DNA from: Methanobacteriota archaeon
Lineage (GTDB): Archaea; Thermoplasmatota; Poseidoniia; Poseidoniales; Poseidoniaceae
Reading direction: 5' to 3'
DNA: 64,000 nt
Assembly: GCA_002706065.1 (NCBI GenBank)
Contig: PAJM01000017.1
Span: forward strand, 77,044-141,043
Positions 9,301-18,422 of the stretch are shown piece by piece. Below the pieces are notes generated by a model. That model was not told the DNA's origin. It ran no database searches and saw nothing but the letters and a program-made list of their open reading frames with translations. The position numbers and the translations under genes were made by a program. The first letter of the stretch is position 1; each line of letters opens with the position of its first letter.

Positions 9301-11656
9301 AATCGCTACCGAATTTGCAGGCACCACTCCAACGAAATGGGAAACAATTCCAGTTGGAGACCCACATGAAGCTCTTCGTGTTAAAGTCCTTGAATTGCTT
9401 GGTTCAGAGGGTCCAAAAACCATGGATCTACTTCACCAGCGACTACCGTTTTCAGAAAAATCCGTTGACCGAATCGTTCACGAATTGGAAACAAGGAACG
9501 TAATTACGGTCGGCTTCTTTACACAAACTGAGGATGCTGAACTCATTCTCAAGGTCGATGAACATCGAATCACGGGCGGTGAGGAGCAGATTGTTGAATA
9601 TCGATGGATTCAAAATTTAGTACTCGATAAATCATTCAAGAAGTATGCAGACGTCTTTGAAGCGTTCAACGAACACGTCCTCGTTCAAAAACAACAAGAA
9701 TTACTCTACAGGATCGAAGATTTCCGTTTCAAGGATTGGAAAGACTTACAGTTGGATTCGGACGTTGTCAGCGGCAGGTTGCTGCACAATCGAATGGGAT
9801 ACACAACCAAAAACAACATCCCGATGCTCCTTGGGCTGAAACCGGAACCTTGGGTTGGTGCGATGGAAGAAGAAGTCTTGTCGAAACTGTACCCTGGTGA
9901 AAACATCACACGACAAGAACTGGTTCAAGACTTTCCGAAAGGAGAAGAACATCGTCAGCTTGAACGCGATGTCAAAAACGCCATATCCAACCTTGACCGT
10001 CAAATGCTGTTTGTGAAGCAATTTGAGGAAGTCATTGGTCGTCGGCGAAGATTGTCCTTGTTCCATAAAGTCCATGGCGTCTATGAACCAATGGATTTTG
10101 AGGATGCATTGGAAGAAATTGTTCGTCGTATGGGTCCGGTAAAGGCAAGCACATTGCGGTTTTACGTGTCAAGAAATTATGAGGACTTGCTTGTCGCACT
10201 GCATAATCTTGAGACAAGTAATCGAATTTCAAAGGTTACTGCTCTTGTACCTGACACGGAGGACTTCTACTGCATGCCTGCTGAAGTTGACATGTTGCAA
10301 GTACCTCGTCGTGAAGATCGAACCATCAGAATTTTGACTCAGTCTGACCCATACGTATCTCGATTTATCTGGGAGGTACGGTCTGCATTGGATCGAGGAT
10401 GGTATCTCCCGGTCTTCAAAGGCGTAGATCCTGTTGGAAAAGTTCTGATGTTCCGTGTGAACGATTATCTTGAAATCAAAGACATGCATGTACCGACAGC
10501 ATATTTCGAAGAATTCTGTGATGCCTTCCATGTCTTGCTTGAAAATCACGCAGATCAACTGGTCGATGTTGCGGTTTTAACCAACGTCAACAGTGAACCG
10601 ATTTCTGAACTCAGCACACCAATGAGGAATGGTTTGGAGCGAATAGGATTCAAGCAAGTTGGAGAACGTATGATACGCGGAGGAGTTGTTGACCCCCAGC
10701 CAAGAGAAATTGCTGAACGGGCTTTGTTTCATCAACATCACTTACACCAAGAAACGCGCCATGAAAACGAGACCTTAGCCCTTCGAAAAATCAAAGAAAT
10801 TCGTGATGATTTTGCATTACGAGGACGCTGTGAAGTCTTCAGAGCCAATCTCAAATCCATGGCGAGTGCGAACCGACTTCACAAGGGAGTCAACATGCGT
10901 GGACATCAAGTGTGGGCACCGTATGACTATTTCGAAACCTTGCTTACGATACGGGGTATACCACCAGAAGAGGACTTGGTTGACATCATTGATTTCTTCA
11001 GTACACAAACGGATCCCAACATCTTCAAAGAACGTCATGCTCTTTCCCAGTCCGAATTTAGAAAACTTGTCCAACCCCTGATTCGAACCGGCCACATCGT
11101 TGAGGATTTCCGTGGAGGGTTCCGTTCGGTCCATCCAAGAACTGATGAGGACCCTGTACACTTACGACGTGAATACTTACGCAGTTTGGTCAGCGACTAT
11201 CCAATCATTACCATCAAACAATTGTTGCGACTTTCTGGAACGCCGTTCAAACCCGAAGAATTGAAAGCAATCCTCAATGAATTCGAAGAAGATGGAACGT
11301 TGGTTAAAGGGTTCTTGATCGAGAACTTGCATGAGGTGTGTTGGGGTCGAAAAGAATTGCTTGAATCGGCCAAGTCCATCAATCCAATCCGTGACTTTGT
11401 TCTACCACCAACCGACCCTATTGCACCATACTTTGGCGACGTTCTCAAAGAACGGTTTGGATTCGGAAGTGCCTATCTCGTGTTCAAGAATGCAGAACCT
11501 GTTGCGGCCTTCAAGGCCAACACTCGGAATAAAACCATTGACGTCACAGATTACGAAGGCAGTGAAAAGGGATGGCGTGTGGTCAAAGAGTTCGCTTGGG
11601 AACATCAAATGCCACTGAAAACAGAGTTGCGAATTGGTGGAAAAAAGATGCAATAA
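6365..11656 (+). CDS. lhr: Lhr-family ATP-dependent helicase with long C-terminal winged-helix/AlkZ-like extension
   Basis: SPTGSGKT, SPIKAL, TTPES, DELH, SAT, HHGSM, LEMGIDIG, QRIGRAGH, PSWSGE; about 900 aa beyond the core. Confidence 0.9.
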   Translation: MPEITYLEHPTETDVLMEKLCAPVRNWFKEKFPDFTRPQKLAIPTIMEGGHLLLCSPTGSGKTLTAFLTIIDQLVRKALDGKLEKRIHCVYISPIKALANDIQKNLIGPLTEISERFLPDRAQEIRVGLRTGDTPQSERQKMLRNPPHILITTPESLAIAITSPKFQPIVSDVEYMIIDELHSLVPTKRGVHLALTLAYLDTLLERPVQRIGISATMEPLETVAEYLVASDDRESRGDGQKVYIAKVSGSRELDLDILLPHPKFSDLPVLKVLDENINVIADLISAHNTTLVFANTRKMTETLVQRLRRPEFGLGELVAGHHGSMDKKIRLNVEQQLKKGHLRAVVTSSSLEMGIDIGAVDMVIQLGSPGDIATALQRIGRAGHHVGGIPRARLLPSSVDDLIELAALQAAIQSGDMDRLDFPENCLDVVAQFLIGLVIINEIDIDEAFEIVSSAWNYRNFEYDDFIEVLDMLEDERRVWIDWEDNTYGKRGYSRMIYYTNIGTIAPDNSYLVFNAEGSILGQLSGSFVSNLRGGDVILLGGSTYRVTNIQGTRVNVSSVTGYRPTVPSWSGEARSRSRELSSSLLSLIRHCMVSLRREQDPRVVLRDAYGLSTSVSNAIARHLEEHTIDSFQVPEPNRILIEQIIGTGHPAYLITTCRGRGFNTALGYFMAGIAESSGISVIELSFDENGLLIRTAQEVDPAQLYDAFRSNNHIEVIERYIINTQIFAKRFREVAGRSMIIPKRVGAEEISPQQFQQKAEALLTRHRTMEGSLLMREAKNEVMFGDIDIIGLNQFLESCIEGDARIVHTKVTIPSRLGMSLYMSAFEDLMSMKTRAFLVKDIDPEVLRRLMGTRSLATEMTTEQLDKYYSDKAPVPHSPESLYELMQHGGGLDREFNNPLYRDKLEGIELGVIRSWVEDLCQSGKITKINGTGQPEIDGKWFNPFMAEIHGTLACLATNNSSSIVDLRDYDTKDMSFEIATEFAGTTPTKWETIPVGDPHEALRVKVLELLGSEGPKTMDLLHQRLPFSEKSVDRIVHELETRNVITVGFFTQTEDAELILKVDEHRITGGEEQIVEYRWIQNLVLDKSFKKYADVFEAFNEHVLVQKQQELLYRIEDFRFKDWKDLQLDSDVVSGRLLHNRMGYTTKNNIPMLLGLKPEPWVGAMEEEVLSKLYPGENITRQELVQDFPKGEEHRQLERDVKNAISNLDRQMLFVKQFEEVIGRRRRLSLFHKVHGVYEPMDFEDALEEIVRRMGPVKASTLRFYVSRNYEDLLVALHNLETSNRISKVTALVPDTEDFYCMPAEVDMLQVPRREDRTIRILTQSDPYVSRFIWEVRSALDRGWYLPVFKGVDPVGKVLMFRVNDYLEIKDMHVPTAYFEEFCDAFHVLLENHADQLVDVAVLTNVNSEPISELSTPMRNGLERIGFKQVGERMIRGGVVDPQPREIAERALFHQHHLHQETRHENETLALRKIKEIRDDFALRGRCEVFRANLKSMASANRLHKGVNMRGHQVWAPYDYFETLLTIRGIPPEEDLVDIIDFFSTQTDPNIFKERHALSQSEFRKLVQPLIRTGHIVEDFRGGFRSVHPRTDEDPVHLRREYLRSLVSDYPIITIKQLLRLSGTPFKPEELKAILNEFEEDGTLVKGFLIENLHEVCWGRKELLESAKSINPIRDFVLPPTDPIAPYFGDVLKERFGFGSAYLVFKNAEPVAAFKANTRNKTIDVTDYEGSEKGWRVVKEFAWEHQMPLKTELRIGGKKMQ

Positions 11657-11729
11657 CTGCATGTTCCAAGCATAAATCGGATTATGATGTAGGAAAAGGA
11701 GTTATGAACGTCCATCCATTGAACACACC

Positions 11730-14700
11730 ATGGCCAAAGGCTCTCGCGTTGTTGCAACATCGTTAATTTTCATTCTACTGGCATCGACCTGCATCGTTGC
11801 TCCTGCGCATGCGCAGTCTGATTTGTCTGATGATATTGACGTCCTTCATACCGCCATCAATCCAAGCAACAACAAAACCTACCACCTACTCACGGCATCA
11901 TCTTGGGAAGATGCAGCGTACATTGCACGCACCCTTGATGGATATTTGACAACCATTGACGATGAAGAAGAGAACACATGGGTGTTTGATACCTTTGCGA
12001 GTTTTGATGATCAAAGCCGTCACCTGTGGATTGGACTCAACGATGTCCAAGACGAAGGGATGTACCGTTGGCACGACGGCACCCCGTTCCTGTATCGAAA
12101 CTGGGGTGTTGATCAGCCAACAGGTGGTGATGATTCAGACTATGTCCACATCGCCTCGACGAACATGGGGAACATCATGCCGCAAACGTGGAACGACCTG
12201 GAAAACAATCCAGAATACTTCCCAGTGTACGGTGTTGTTGAAGTTGGACCAGGTGCTGACTTTTCTCTTCGATTTGATGGTCTCGAAGACCACATTGTCA
12301 TCGAGCATGACGAAGGTTTGGTTGCAAACGGATCGTTGAGCATTGAAGCTACCATCAAAGCGAGCAATCTTGACGGCATCCGCTTCGTCACCATGAAGGG
12401 TGACTATGGTTGGGGAATGTACCTCGCAAACGGTGCGATAGGTTACGCATCGGAATACAGCCTATCCAAACACCCAACATCCAACATGAGCATAACAGAA
12501 GACACATGGCATACCATCGGTGTTCACGTCAATGAAGGAATTGGTGGAATGTTCACGATTGACGGTATACCAGCAGGGAACATTTCTGCCGAGGATGCCA
12601 ATATTCCAGAAGGTGATTTTGGCTCAAACGATTGCTACACGTCAGGCGATTCATGCGATGAACTGTACATCGCTCGAGCTGGTGCAGGTTGTGATTGCTA
12701 TTATTTCGAGGGAATCATCGATGATATCACCATTGCCCACGAAGAAGACGGTGAATGGAACATCGCGAGTCAATGGACCTTCTGGGAAGGAGAAGGCAGT
12801 GATACGGGTGATGCTCTCAATGACCAGACACAGAATCGTGTTGGTTTCATCAACGGTGCGGATTGGGTCATGCCTGATGGATCGATTGTCGCACAAGCTG
12901 TCGAATTGTCCAACGATGAGTACTACCTCGTCAACGACATAAAGGAAGGAGATACACTTCTCTTTTACGCTGACCTTGATCAGTACACGTTCCTATTGGA
13001 CGTGTACATGTGGGGCTGGTCTGAGGACTTTTTCGAAGAGTGGGAGGACGACGATTATTTTGACGGGTTGAGATTTGATGCCTATGTTGGATACGATCGT
13101 ATACCTGCACCGTGGGATAATGATCTCGAATTATCTGGTTTTTACGGGTCGATATGGAATTCTTGGACATGGCCTGAAGCGGATGTTGTATGGTTCTCCG
13201 TGGTTGCGAATGCTGACATCGATGAACTCGAGATTCAAGCCACCTGGGACGTTGCAGAGGAACCACCAAGTCTGGATGAAATGACCGAATTGTTCAATGG
13301 TGTTCCTATCACATCACAATCATTGAATGTTGACCGAGGGAGTTATGACGCAGAGACGTCCTATTACTACGTCAATGTCACAGATTCCCTAACCGAGTTG
13401 AAGATTGAAACATATGGTGGTAAAGGCAATGTCGACCTCATCCTTTCCGCTGGAGGACCCATTGATCCGAATTACTACTATTCCTACGACATCGAACCAT
13501 ATTATGAAGAATTCATCGAAGGCAATGGCGGGCAAAGCAGTGTTGTTTGGTCGGCGAACGAAGGGAACAATGAGGAAGCAAACTTGTTTGACGTTGAACC
13601 TGGAATTTACTACATTACAGCATTCACGTACAGAAAAGCGAACGATTTCACGATCGTAGCAGATTACACGTACGCACCTGCCAACTCCGATCCATCAACG
13701 GCCATTGAATTGCAACCAGGTATCGCTCATGGACCGATGAGTGGCTATGATGGACTGGACCAGTATTTCTTCGTCGAAGTTCCAACTGGAACGGAACGAC
13801 TTGAAGTCGATTTGAATGGCGGATTTGGTGAAGCAGCACTTCACATGCGCTATGAAACCATACCGACAGCAAGTGAAGCAGACCATCACTCTGCTGTTCG
13901 TGGTGCCGGTGACAAAATTGGATTCAACAACCCAACACCTGGAACATGGTACATTCTACTCGATTCTGACAGCGTCTTTAGTGGAGTATCAATAACTGCA
14001 TCATTTGAGGACCTCTATGTATGGGAATACGATGGAACACCGATTGAATTGTTCAACAATGAAGAGATCGATGGATTGAGTGCGCCTGCAGGAAAGGAAT
14101 TGTACTTCTATGTGGATTTACAATCGCGCTCAGAGGAACTGATCATCATGACCTCTGGAGGTGAGGGTTCTCTCTACATTCAGGCGAGTGGCGAAGTCGA
14201 CTATGGTGGATTCTTTGAATTTGGTGAATTTGACGAATTTGAGATGTTTGAAGATGAGATGTTCGAGGAAGAATACACCTCGTATGGAGATGGAACGGAT
14301 CAAGAGGTCTACGTTTATTCACCTGCCCAAGGGCAATTTGATATTACCCTCGTCGCTGTCGATGACTTCTCAGATGTTTCGATTGTAGCGTACTGGATAG
14401 AAGTCAACCGCCCAGGACCAGACCCTGTTCTTCCAGTTGACGTCGAGCCAGATGACATTTTCCCATGTGATTATGGACTTGAAGCATTCTTTGCGGATGC
14501 AGATACCAACGGTGATGGATTGTTCAATTTTGATGAGTTTCGACGTTCTGGACCACCAGAAGGTACTGAGTTTACCGACGTGGATGAAAATGAAGATGGA
14601 ATGATTGAGTTTACCGAGGTCGTTGCATATCTTTGTACATGCGAAAATGAACTCACACGACTAATTGATCAGACGCCCTTCAAAACATCGATCGAATTTA

Positions 14701-15338
14701 TGGACTCCATCGCCCTGAAAAATGAATTTGAATTCAAAGGTATGGATTCAAATCGTGATCAATTTATCACGCATGATGAACTTGAAAAGGCAATCGAAAC
14801 GTGCAAAACGACATATGATCCATTCGACCGTGATGGTGATGGTGTCCCAGACATCAAGGACCAATTCCCTGACAACCCAGATGAGCAATCTGATGCTGAT
14901 GGCGACGGTATTGGAGACAATGCTGACTTCGCACCCAGCGTTGCCAACGATGTGGTCTACGGAGCTGGTGGAGCACTTCTTATTGTCCTCATTGGAATGA
15001 TGATTTTGTTTTTGCGTGGCGGTGGAGGGCCACAACAACACATGGAACAAGAATGGAACAAAACCGATGCATTCTCTGAACAGATGTTGAACATGAACAA
15101 TGAATATTCAACACGAGAAGAACTGCCTCAAGCACCTACCTTGGCTGCTGTTGAAACAGCATCGCAATCCTACCAATCCAATGAACTTCCAATCTATGAT
15201 TTTGGTCAGATTGACGAGCCAGCAGCGAGCTTGATGGGCGTTATGGATTCAAGCGGTCGTGAACACATCGAATACCCTGCAAACAGTGGCCGGTTGTGGT
15301 CTCGAGACCAACCAGATTCTCCTTGGATTAAGGAATAG
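11730..15338 (+). CDS. Large acidic membrane-anchored surface protein (signal peptide, C-type lectin, LamG-like, PPC-like repeats, EF-hands, TSP3 repeats, TM)
   Basis: N-terminal signal (AHA); WIGLND...WHDG...YRNW lectin motif; DTNGDG/DENEDG/DSNRDQ EF-hand loops; DRDGDGVPD..DQFP, DADGDGIGDNAD; C-terminal TM. Confidence 0.8.
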   Translation: MAKGSRVVATSLIFILLASTCIVAPAHAQSDLSDDIDVLHTAINPSNNKTYHLLTASSWEDAAYIARTLDGYLTTIDDEEENTWVFDTFASFDDQSRHLWIGLNDVQDEGMYRWHDGTPFLYRNWGVDQPTGGDDSDYVHIASTNMGNIMPQTWNDLENNPEYFPVYGVVEVGPGADFSLRFDGLEDHIVIEHDEGLVANGSLSIEATIKASNLDGIRFVTMKGDYGWGMYLANGAIGYASEYSLSKHPTSNMSITEDTWHTIGVHVNEGIGGMFTIDGIPAGNISAEDANIPEGDFGSNDCYTSGDSCDELYIARAGAGCDCYYFEGIIDDITIAHEEDGEWNIASQWTFWEGEGSDTGDALNDQTQNRVGFINGADWVMPDGSIVAQAVELSNDEYYLVNDIKEGDTLLFYADLDQYTFLLDVYMWGWSEDFFEEWEDDDYFDGLRFDAYVGYDRIPAPWDNDLELSGFYGSIWNSWTWPEADVVWFSVVANADIDELEIQATWDVAEEPPSLDEMTELFNGVPITSQSLNVDRGSYDAETSYYYVNVTDSLTELKIETYGGKGNVDLILSAGGPIDPNYYYSYDIEPYYEEFIEGNGGQSSVVWSANEGNNEEANLFDVEPGIYYITAFTYRKANDFTIVADYTYAPANSDPSTAIELQPGIAHGPMSGYDGLDQYFFVEVPTGTERLEVDLNGGFGEAALHMRYETIPTASEADHHSAVRGAGDKIGFNNPTPGTWYILLDSDSVFSGVSITASFEDLYVWEYDGTPIELFNNEEIDGLSAPAGKELYFYVDLQSRSEELIIMTSGGEGSLYIQASGEVDYGGFFEFGEFDEFEMFEDEMFEEEYTSYGDGTDQEVYVYSPAQGQFDITLVAVDDFSDVSIVAYWIEVNRPGPDPVLPVDVEPDDIFPCDYGLEAFFADADTNGDGLFNFDEFRRSGPPEGTEFTDVDENEDGMIEFTEVVAYLCTCENELTRLIDQTPFKTSIEFMDSIALKNEFEFKGMDSNRDQFITHDELEKAIETCKTTYDPFDRDGDGVPDIKDQFPDNPDEQSDADGDGIGDNADFAPSVANDVVYGAGGALLIVLIGMMILFLRGGGGPQQHMEQEWNKTDAFSEQMLNMNNEYSTREELPQAPTLAAVETASQSYQSNELPIYDFGQIDEPAASLMGVMDSSGREHIEYPANSGRLWSRDQPDSPWIKE

Positions 15339-16254
15339 ACTTTGTTCTCTTTTTTCGAAGTCCTGCGGATTCAAGCAATCGCAGAATATGTCGATGAAGT
15401 TCTGGTAGAAGTTCAAACATGGCAATCGCCATGATGAACATTGCAAAGAGTGAGACCACTCGTGATGCATAGGAATGGCCAAATTCAAACATGCTCAATC
15501 CCAAGTATTCCCACCCTTCGTACGAGAGATGCATCCAGATCAATCCAGCGTTTCTGAATAGGTTGAGGATGTGGATGATTGGGATTGTGAACAAGAGCGC
15601 TCGTATTCTTCGCTTTCGGTCCACTTCAAGGACTGAAATTGCACCAATAAACACAATCATGGATTGGAGAGCAGTACACGCAAGCACAAAGTTGATTCCG
15701 ATAAATCCTCCATCTGCCATGATGAGTTCTGTCTGAAACGGATGTTCTGCAAAACCATCGGTCATGAACCACTTATTTCCGTCCCATTCGGACCACAAAA
15801 ATCTCCCTTCATCTGTGTTGACATATGTCTCTCCAAGTTTGATATCAACCATTCCAGTGAACGAAAGAAACATTGCAACTTGGGATGCAACGAACCAGAT
15901 TGCCAATACGGATAACCACGGAATATGAGCTACAAGAAGGTAGGGTCCACCAGCATAAGCAACACAACCGCGTGCCCAATTCAACGCAGCACGATCGCGA
16001 ACGGTCAATGAACGCGCTTCAGCAATCACCAATGCAACAGCGATTGGTAGGGCTAAGGCTGTCATTATGGTGAGAACAAGGTCATTGAGTTCAAAATAGT
16101 ACAACGAGTCGTTGAAAAAGTAGATTCCAACGAGAATCCAGCCCGCTTGCGCCTGTTTTGAAACACCATCACTGTGACGCTTGTGCCATGAAATGGCAAG
16201 AAGAACCATTCCAAGAGCACCTGCGATCGTAGCGATCTCCTTGGAGAGGAACAT
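15328..16254 (-). CDS. artA: Archaeosortase A (alternative start at 16278)
   Basis: Multi-TM protein with LACTALQSM (catalytic Cys), LNLFRN (Arg) and a FEFGH segment typical of the exosortase/archaeosortase family. Confidence 0.8.
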   Translation of the reverse strand: MFLSKEIATIAGALGMVLLAISWHKRHSDGVSKQAQAGWILVGIYFFNDSLYYFELNDLVLTIMTALALPIAVALVIAEARSLTVRDRAALNWARGCVAYAGGPYLLVAHIPWLSVLAIWFVASQVAMFLSFTGMVDIKLGETYVNTDEGRFLWSEWDGNKWFMTDGFAEHPFQTELIMADGGFIGINFVLACTALQSMIVFIGAISVLEVDRKRRIRALLFTIPIIHILNLFRNAGLIWMHLSYEGWEYLGLSMFEFGHSYASRVVSLFAMFIMAIAMFELLPELHRHILRLLESAGLRKKRTKSIP

Positions 16255-16321
16255 ACACTTCCCAATACTCAACCTCATAGAAACGTTTGCCCATTAAGTC
16301 CAACAACCGGTTCATTGTCCA

Positions 16322-16942
16322 ATGGGCATGGAAGGACCGATTGTTGATGGTTCAGGCTCTGCAAACGGGCCAATTGCATTCATCGATCGTGATGGTGTAC
16401 TCAACTATGGCAGGAATGGCTACGTCAATCAACCACATGAGTTGGTCATTATTCCAGGCAGTGGTCATGCCATTGCTCGGTTGAGACAGAAAGGATATGC
16501 AATTTGTGTTGTCACCAACCAATCCCCAATCATGCGAGGCTTGTGGACCGTTGAACGGCTCCATACCATTCACGATGCGTTGCGAAATCAGCTTCTTGAT
16601 GAGCATCCAGATGCTCAAATCGATATCATCATGACCTGCCCGCATCGTAATCGAGATCGTTGTGGTTGCCGGAAACCATGGCCTGGTATGTTGATTAAAG
16701 GAAACAACATTTTACGGAATCAGAATCAACCAAACCTCCACATCGATTGGGCAGGACAAAAGCCCGAATCGTTGCACCCACTGGACGTCATGGTTGGAGA
16801 TCGGAAATCGGATATGGGGGCGGGATGGGCAGTAGGAGCACGAACCTTCGAAGTATCGGATCGATTGGGGCTTCCTCAAGTCATCGATCGTATTCTCGAT
16901 GATGCCGATCAAGGCGACTTTTATGATCCTATGAGGTGGTAA
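16322..16942 (+). CDS. HAD-IIIA phosphatase (GmhB/histidinol-phosphatase-like)
   Basis: FIDRDGVLN, VVTNQS, CPH...CGCRKP.PGM, MVGDRKSD. Confidence 0.85.
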   Translation: MGMEGPIVDGSGSANGPIAFIDRDGVLNYGRNGYVNQPHELVIIPGSGHAIARLRQKGYAICVVTNQSPIMRGLWTVERLHTIHDALRNQLLDEHPDAQIDIIMTCPHRNRDRCGCRKPWPGMLIKGNNILRNQNQPNLHIDWAGQKPESLHPLDVMVGDRKSDMGAGWAVGARTFEVSDRLGLPQVIDRILDDADQGDFYDPMRW

Positions 16943-16943
16943 G

Positions 16944-18146
16944 ATCGGCTGGTTAGGATTGGATGATACGGACTCACTACACGGTGGATGTACAACAGAG
17001 GTTTTGTTCCATCTCATTCAGAATCTCCCTCCAAATGTTGAGGTTGGTCAAGCACGTCTTGTTCGCTTGTGGCCTTTTGCTCGTCAACGTACAAGAGGAA
17101 ATGCTGCAGTGGCCATTGAACTCAAGACGAGCGATGAACCATCGCTCTTGGAATTTTTCGATCGGTTTTGGAACGATACCATTCTGCCACTCAAGGGAAG
17201 AATCGAGGCAAGTCGTCACAACGAGCGAGAACAATTTCCCTCTGATCCTGGTATGGTTTGGTTCACTGAATTGGAACCTAACGTCCACCTCTATAGAAAT
17301 GGTTTACGCCAGGAGATGACGATTGCTGAGTTGCCCCCTCCGGCAAAGTCGTGGGGTGGTCATGGTCGAATTGGCGCTACATTGGCTGTCTGCTGGCCTG
17401 CTCAAACATCTACGTTTGAAGGAATTGCTTGGAGACTTCCCTACAGTCATGGAAACAGAAAACTGGATGCAAAAGCAGTCGAATTGGTTGACAACATGGA
17501 TTCCACGTTTTTGTGTCGTGACGATCGACTAGGAACCTCACTGTTAGCACCACGTGGTAATTCTCCAGTTTTGTTCGGAGTACGGACTTGGACCAAAGAA
17601 GCAGCTGAGGAAGCACTTCAGCTTCTGATTAGTGGTGAGCAAACTGAATCGGTTCAGGGGTATCTGGTGTTTGAAACAAACCATGCGACCAACGACCATT
17701 TAGAGGATTCCATCGATATTGAAATCAAGCGTGTTGAAATTCTCAAGGGAGGGCACACGTTGCTTTATTCATCAACAAACCAATACATGGCATTCAAGGA
17801 ATCAGGTGAAATTGCCTCAATTTGTCAACAATTATGCCAAGGTGATGTGATCGAATGCATGGGGATGCAGTCACCAGATGGCTCGGTACATATTGAGTAT
17901 CTTCGAATCAAACACTTGGTTGATGTCCGTGCGCGTCCGTTGTGTTCAATCTGCAACAAAGCAATGTCATCTATGGGACGAAATCAAGGTCTTCGCTGCA
18001 AAAAGTGTGGAAGGCAAATCGAAGATTCATGGGTGAAAACGCCTCGCTCACTGCCAGTGAATCGATGGATTCAGCCACCTGCCTCAGCACGCCGACATCT
18101 CGCAAAACCATTGGATGAAGCATCGAATAGGGAAAACAATCTTTAG
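16944..18146 (+). CDS. tiaS: tRNA(Ile2) 2-agmatinylcytidine synthetase (start uncertain: ATC at 16944 or TTG at 16959)
   Basis: GLDDTDS..GGCTT, RTRGNAA, GRIGA, PVLFGVR, TNHATNDH, GGH, C-terminal Zn ribbon CSIC...CKKC, RRHLAKP. Confidence 0.9.
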   Translation: MGWLGLDDTDSLHGGCTTEVLFHLIQNLPPNVEVGQARLVRLWPFARQRTRGNAAVAIELKTSDEPSLLEFFDRFWNDTILPLKGRIEASRHNEREQFPSDPGMVWFTELEPNVHLYRNGLRQEMTIAELPPPAKSWGGHGRIGATLAVCWPAQTSTFEGIAWRLPYSHGNRKLDAKAVELVDNMDSTFLCRDDRLGTSLLAPRGNSPVLFGVRTWTKEAAEEALQLLISGEQTESVQGYLVFETNHATNDHLEDSIDIEIKRVEILKGGHTLLYSSTNQYMAFKESGEIASICQQLCQGDVIECMGMQSPDGSVHIEYLRIKHLVDVRARPLCSICNKAMSSMGRNQGLRCKKCGRQIEDSWVKTPRSLPVNRWIQPPASARRHLAKPLDEASNRENNL

Positions 18147-18167
18147 CGCCAGTGTTGAGTAGGCCAC

Positions 18168-18422
18168 ATGTCAGAAGAGACAACCAAGACTGTCACCACC
18201 GTTCTTCTCATCGTAATTTTCCTCGGCATGATGATCTTCATCGCTATCAGGGCACGGAACAATCGAGAATCGATGTTGAAAGATCGTGCCCCGAAAGTTG
18301 CTGGTGATGATGAACTCGAAGGCGGTGCACGCCATCCGCAGAGATTTGACGAACCGGATGAGGAAGCGCTGGAAGAAATGGCAAAACTCCTCGGTGAAGA
18401 ATCAGACGACGATGAATCCTGA
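18168..18422 (+). CDS. Small single-TM protein with acidic tail
   Basis: 84 aa, one hydrophobic helix followed by a D/E-rich region; fills the gap after tiaS. Confidence 0.7.
   Translation: MSEETTKTVTTVLLIVIFLGMMIFIAIRARNNRESMLKDRAPKVAGDDELEGGARHPQRFDEPDEEALEEMAKLLGEESDDDES

Noticed and set aside
14820..14935. DxDGDG repeats as a DNA repeat or CRISPR-like array
   Set aside because: These are protein-level TSP3 calcium-binding repeats with divergent codons; no identical DNA repeats with spacers.
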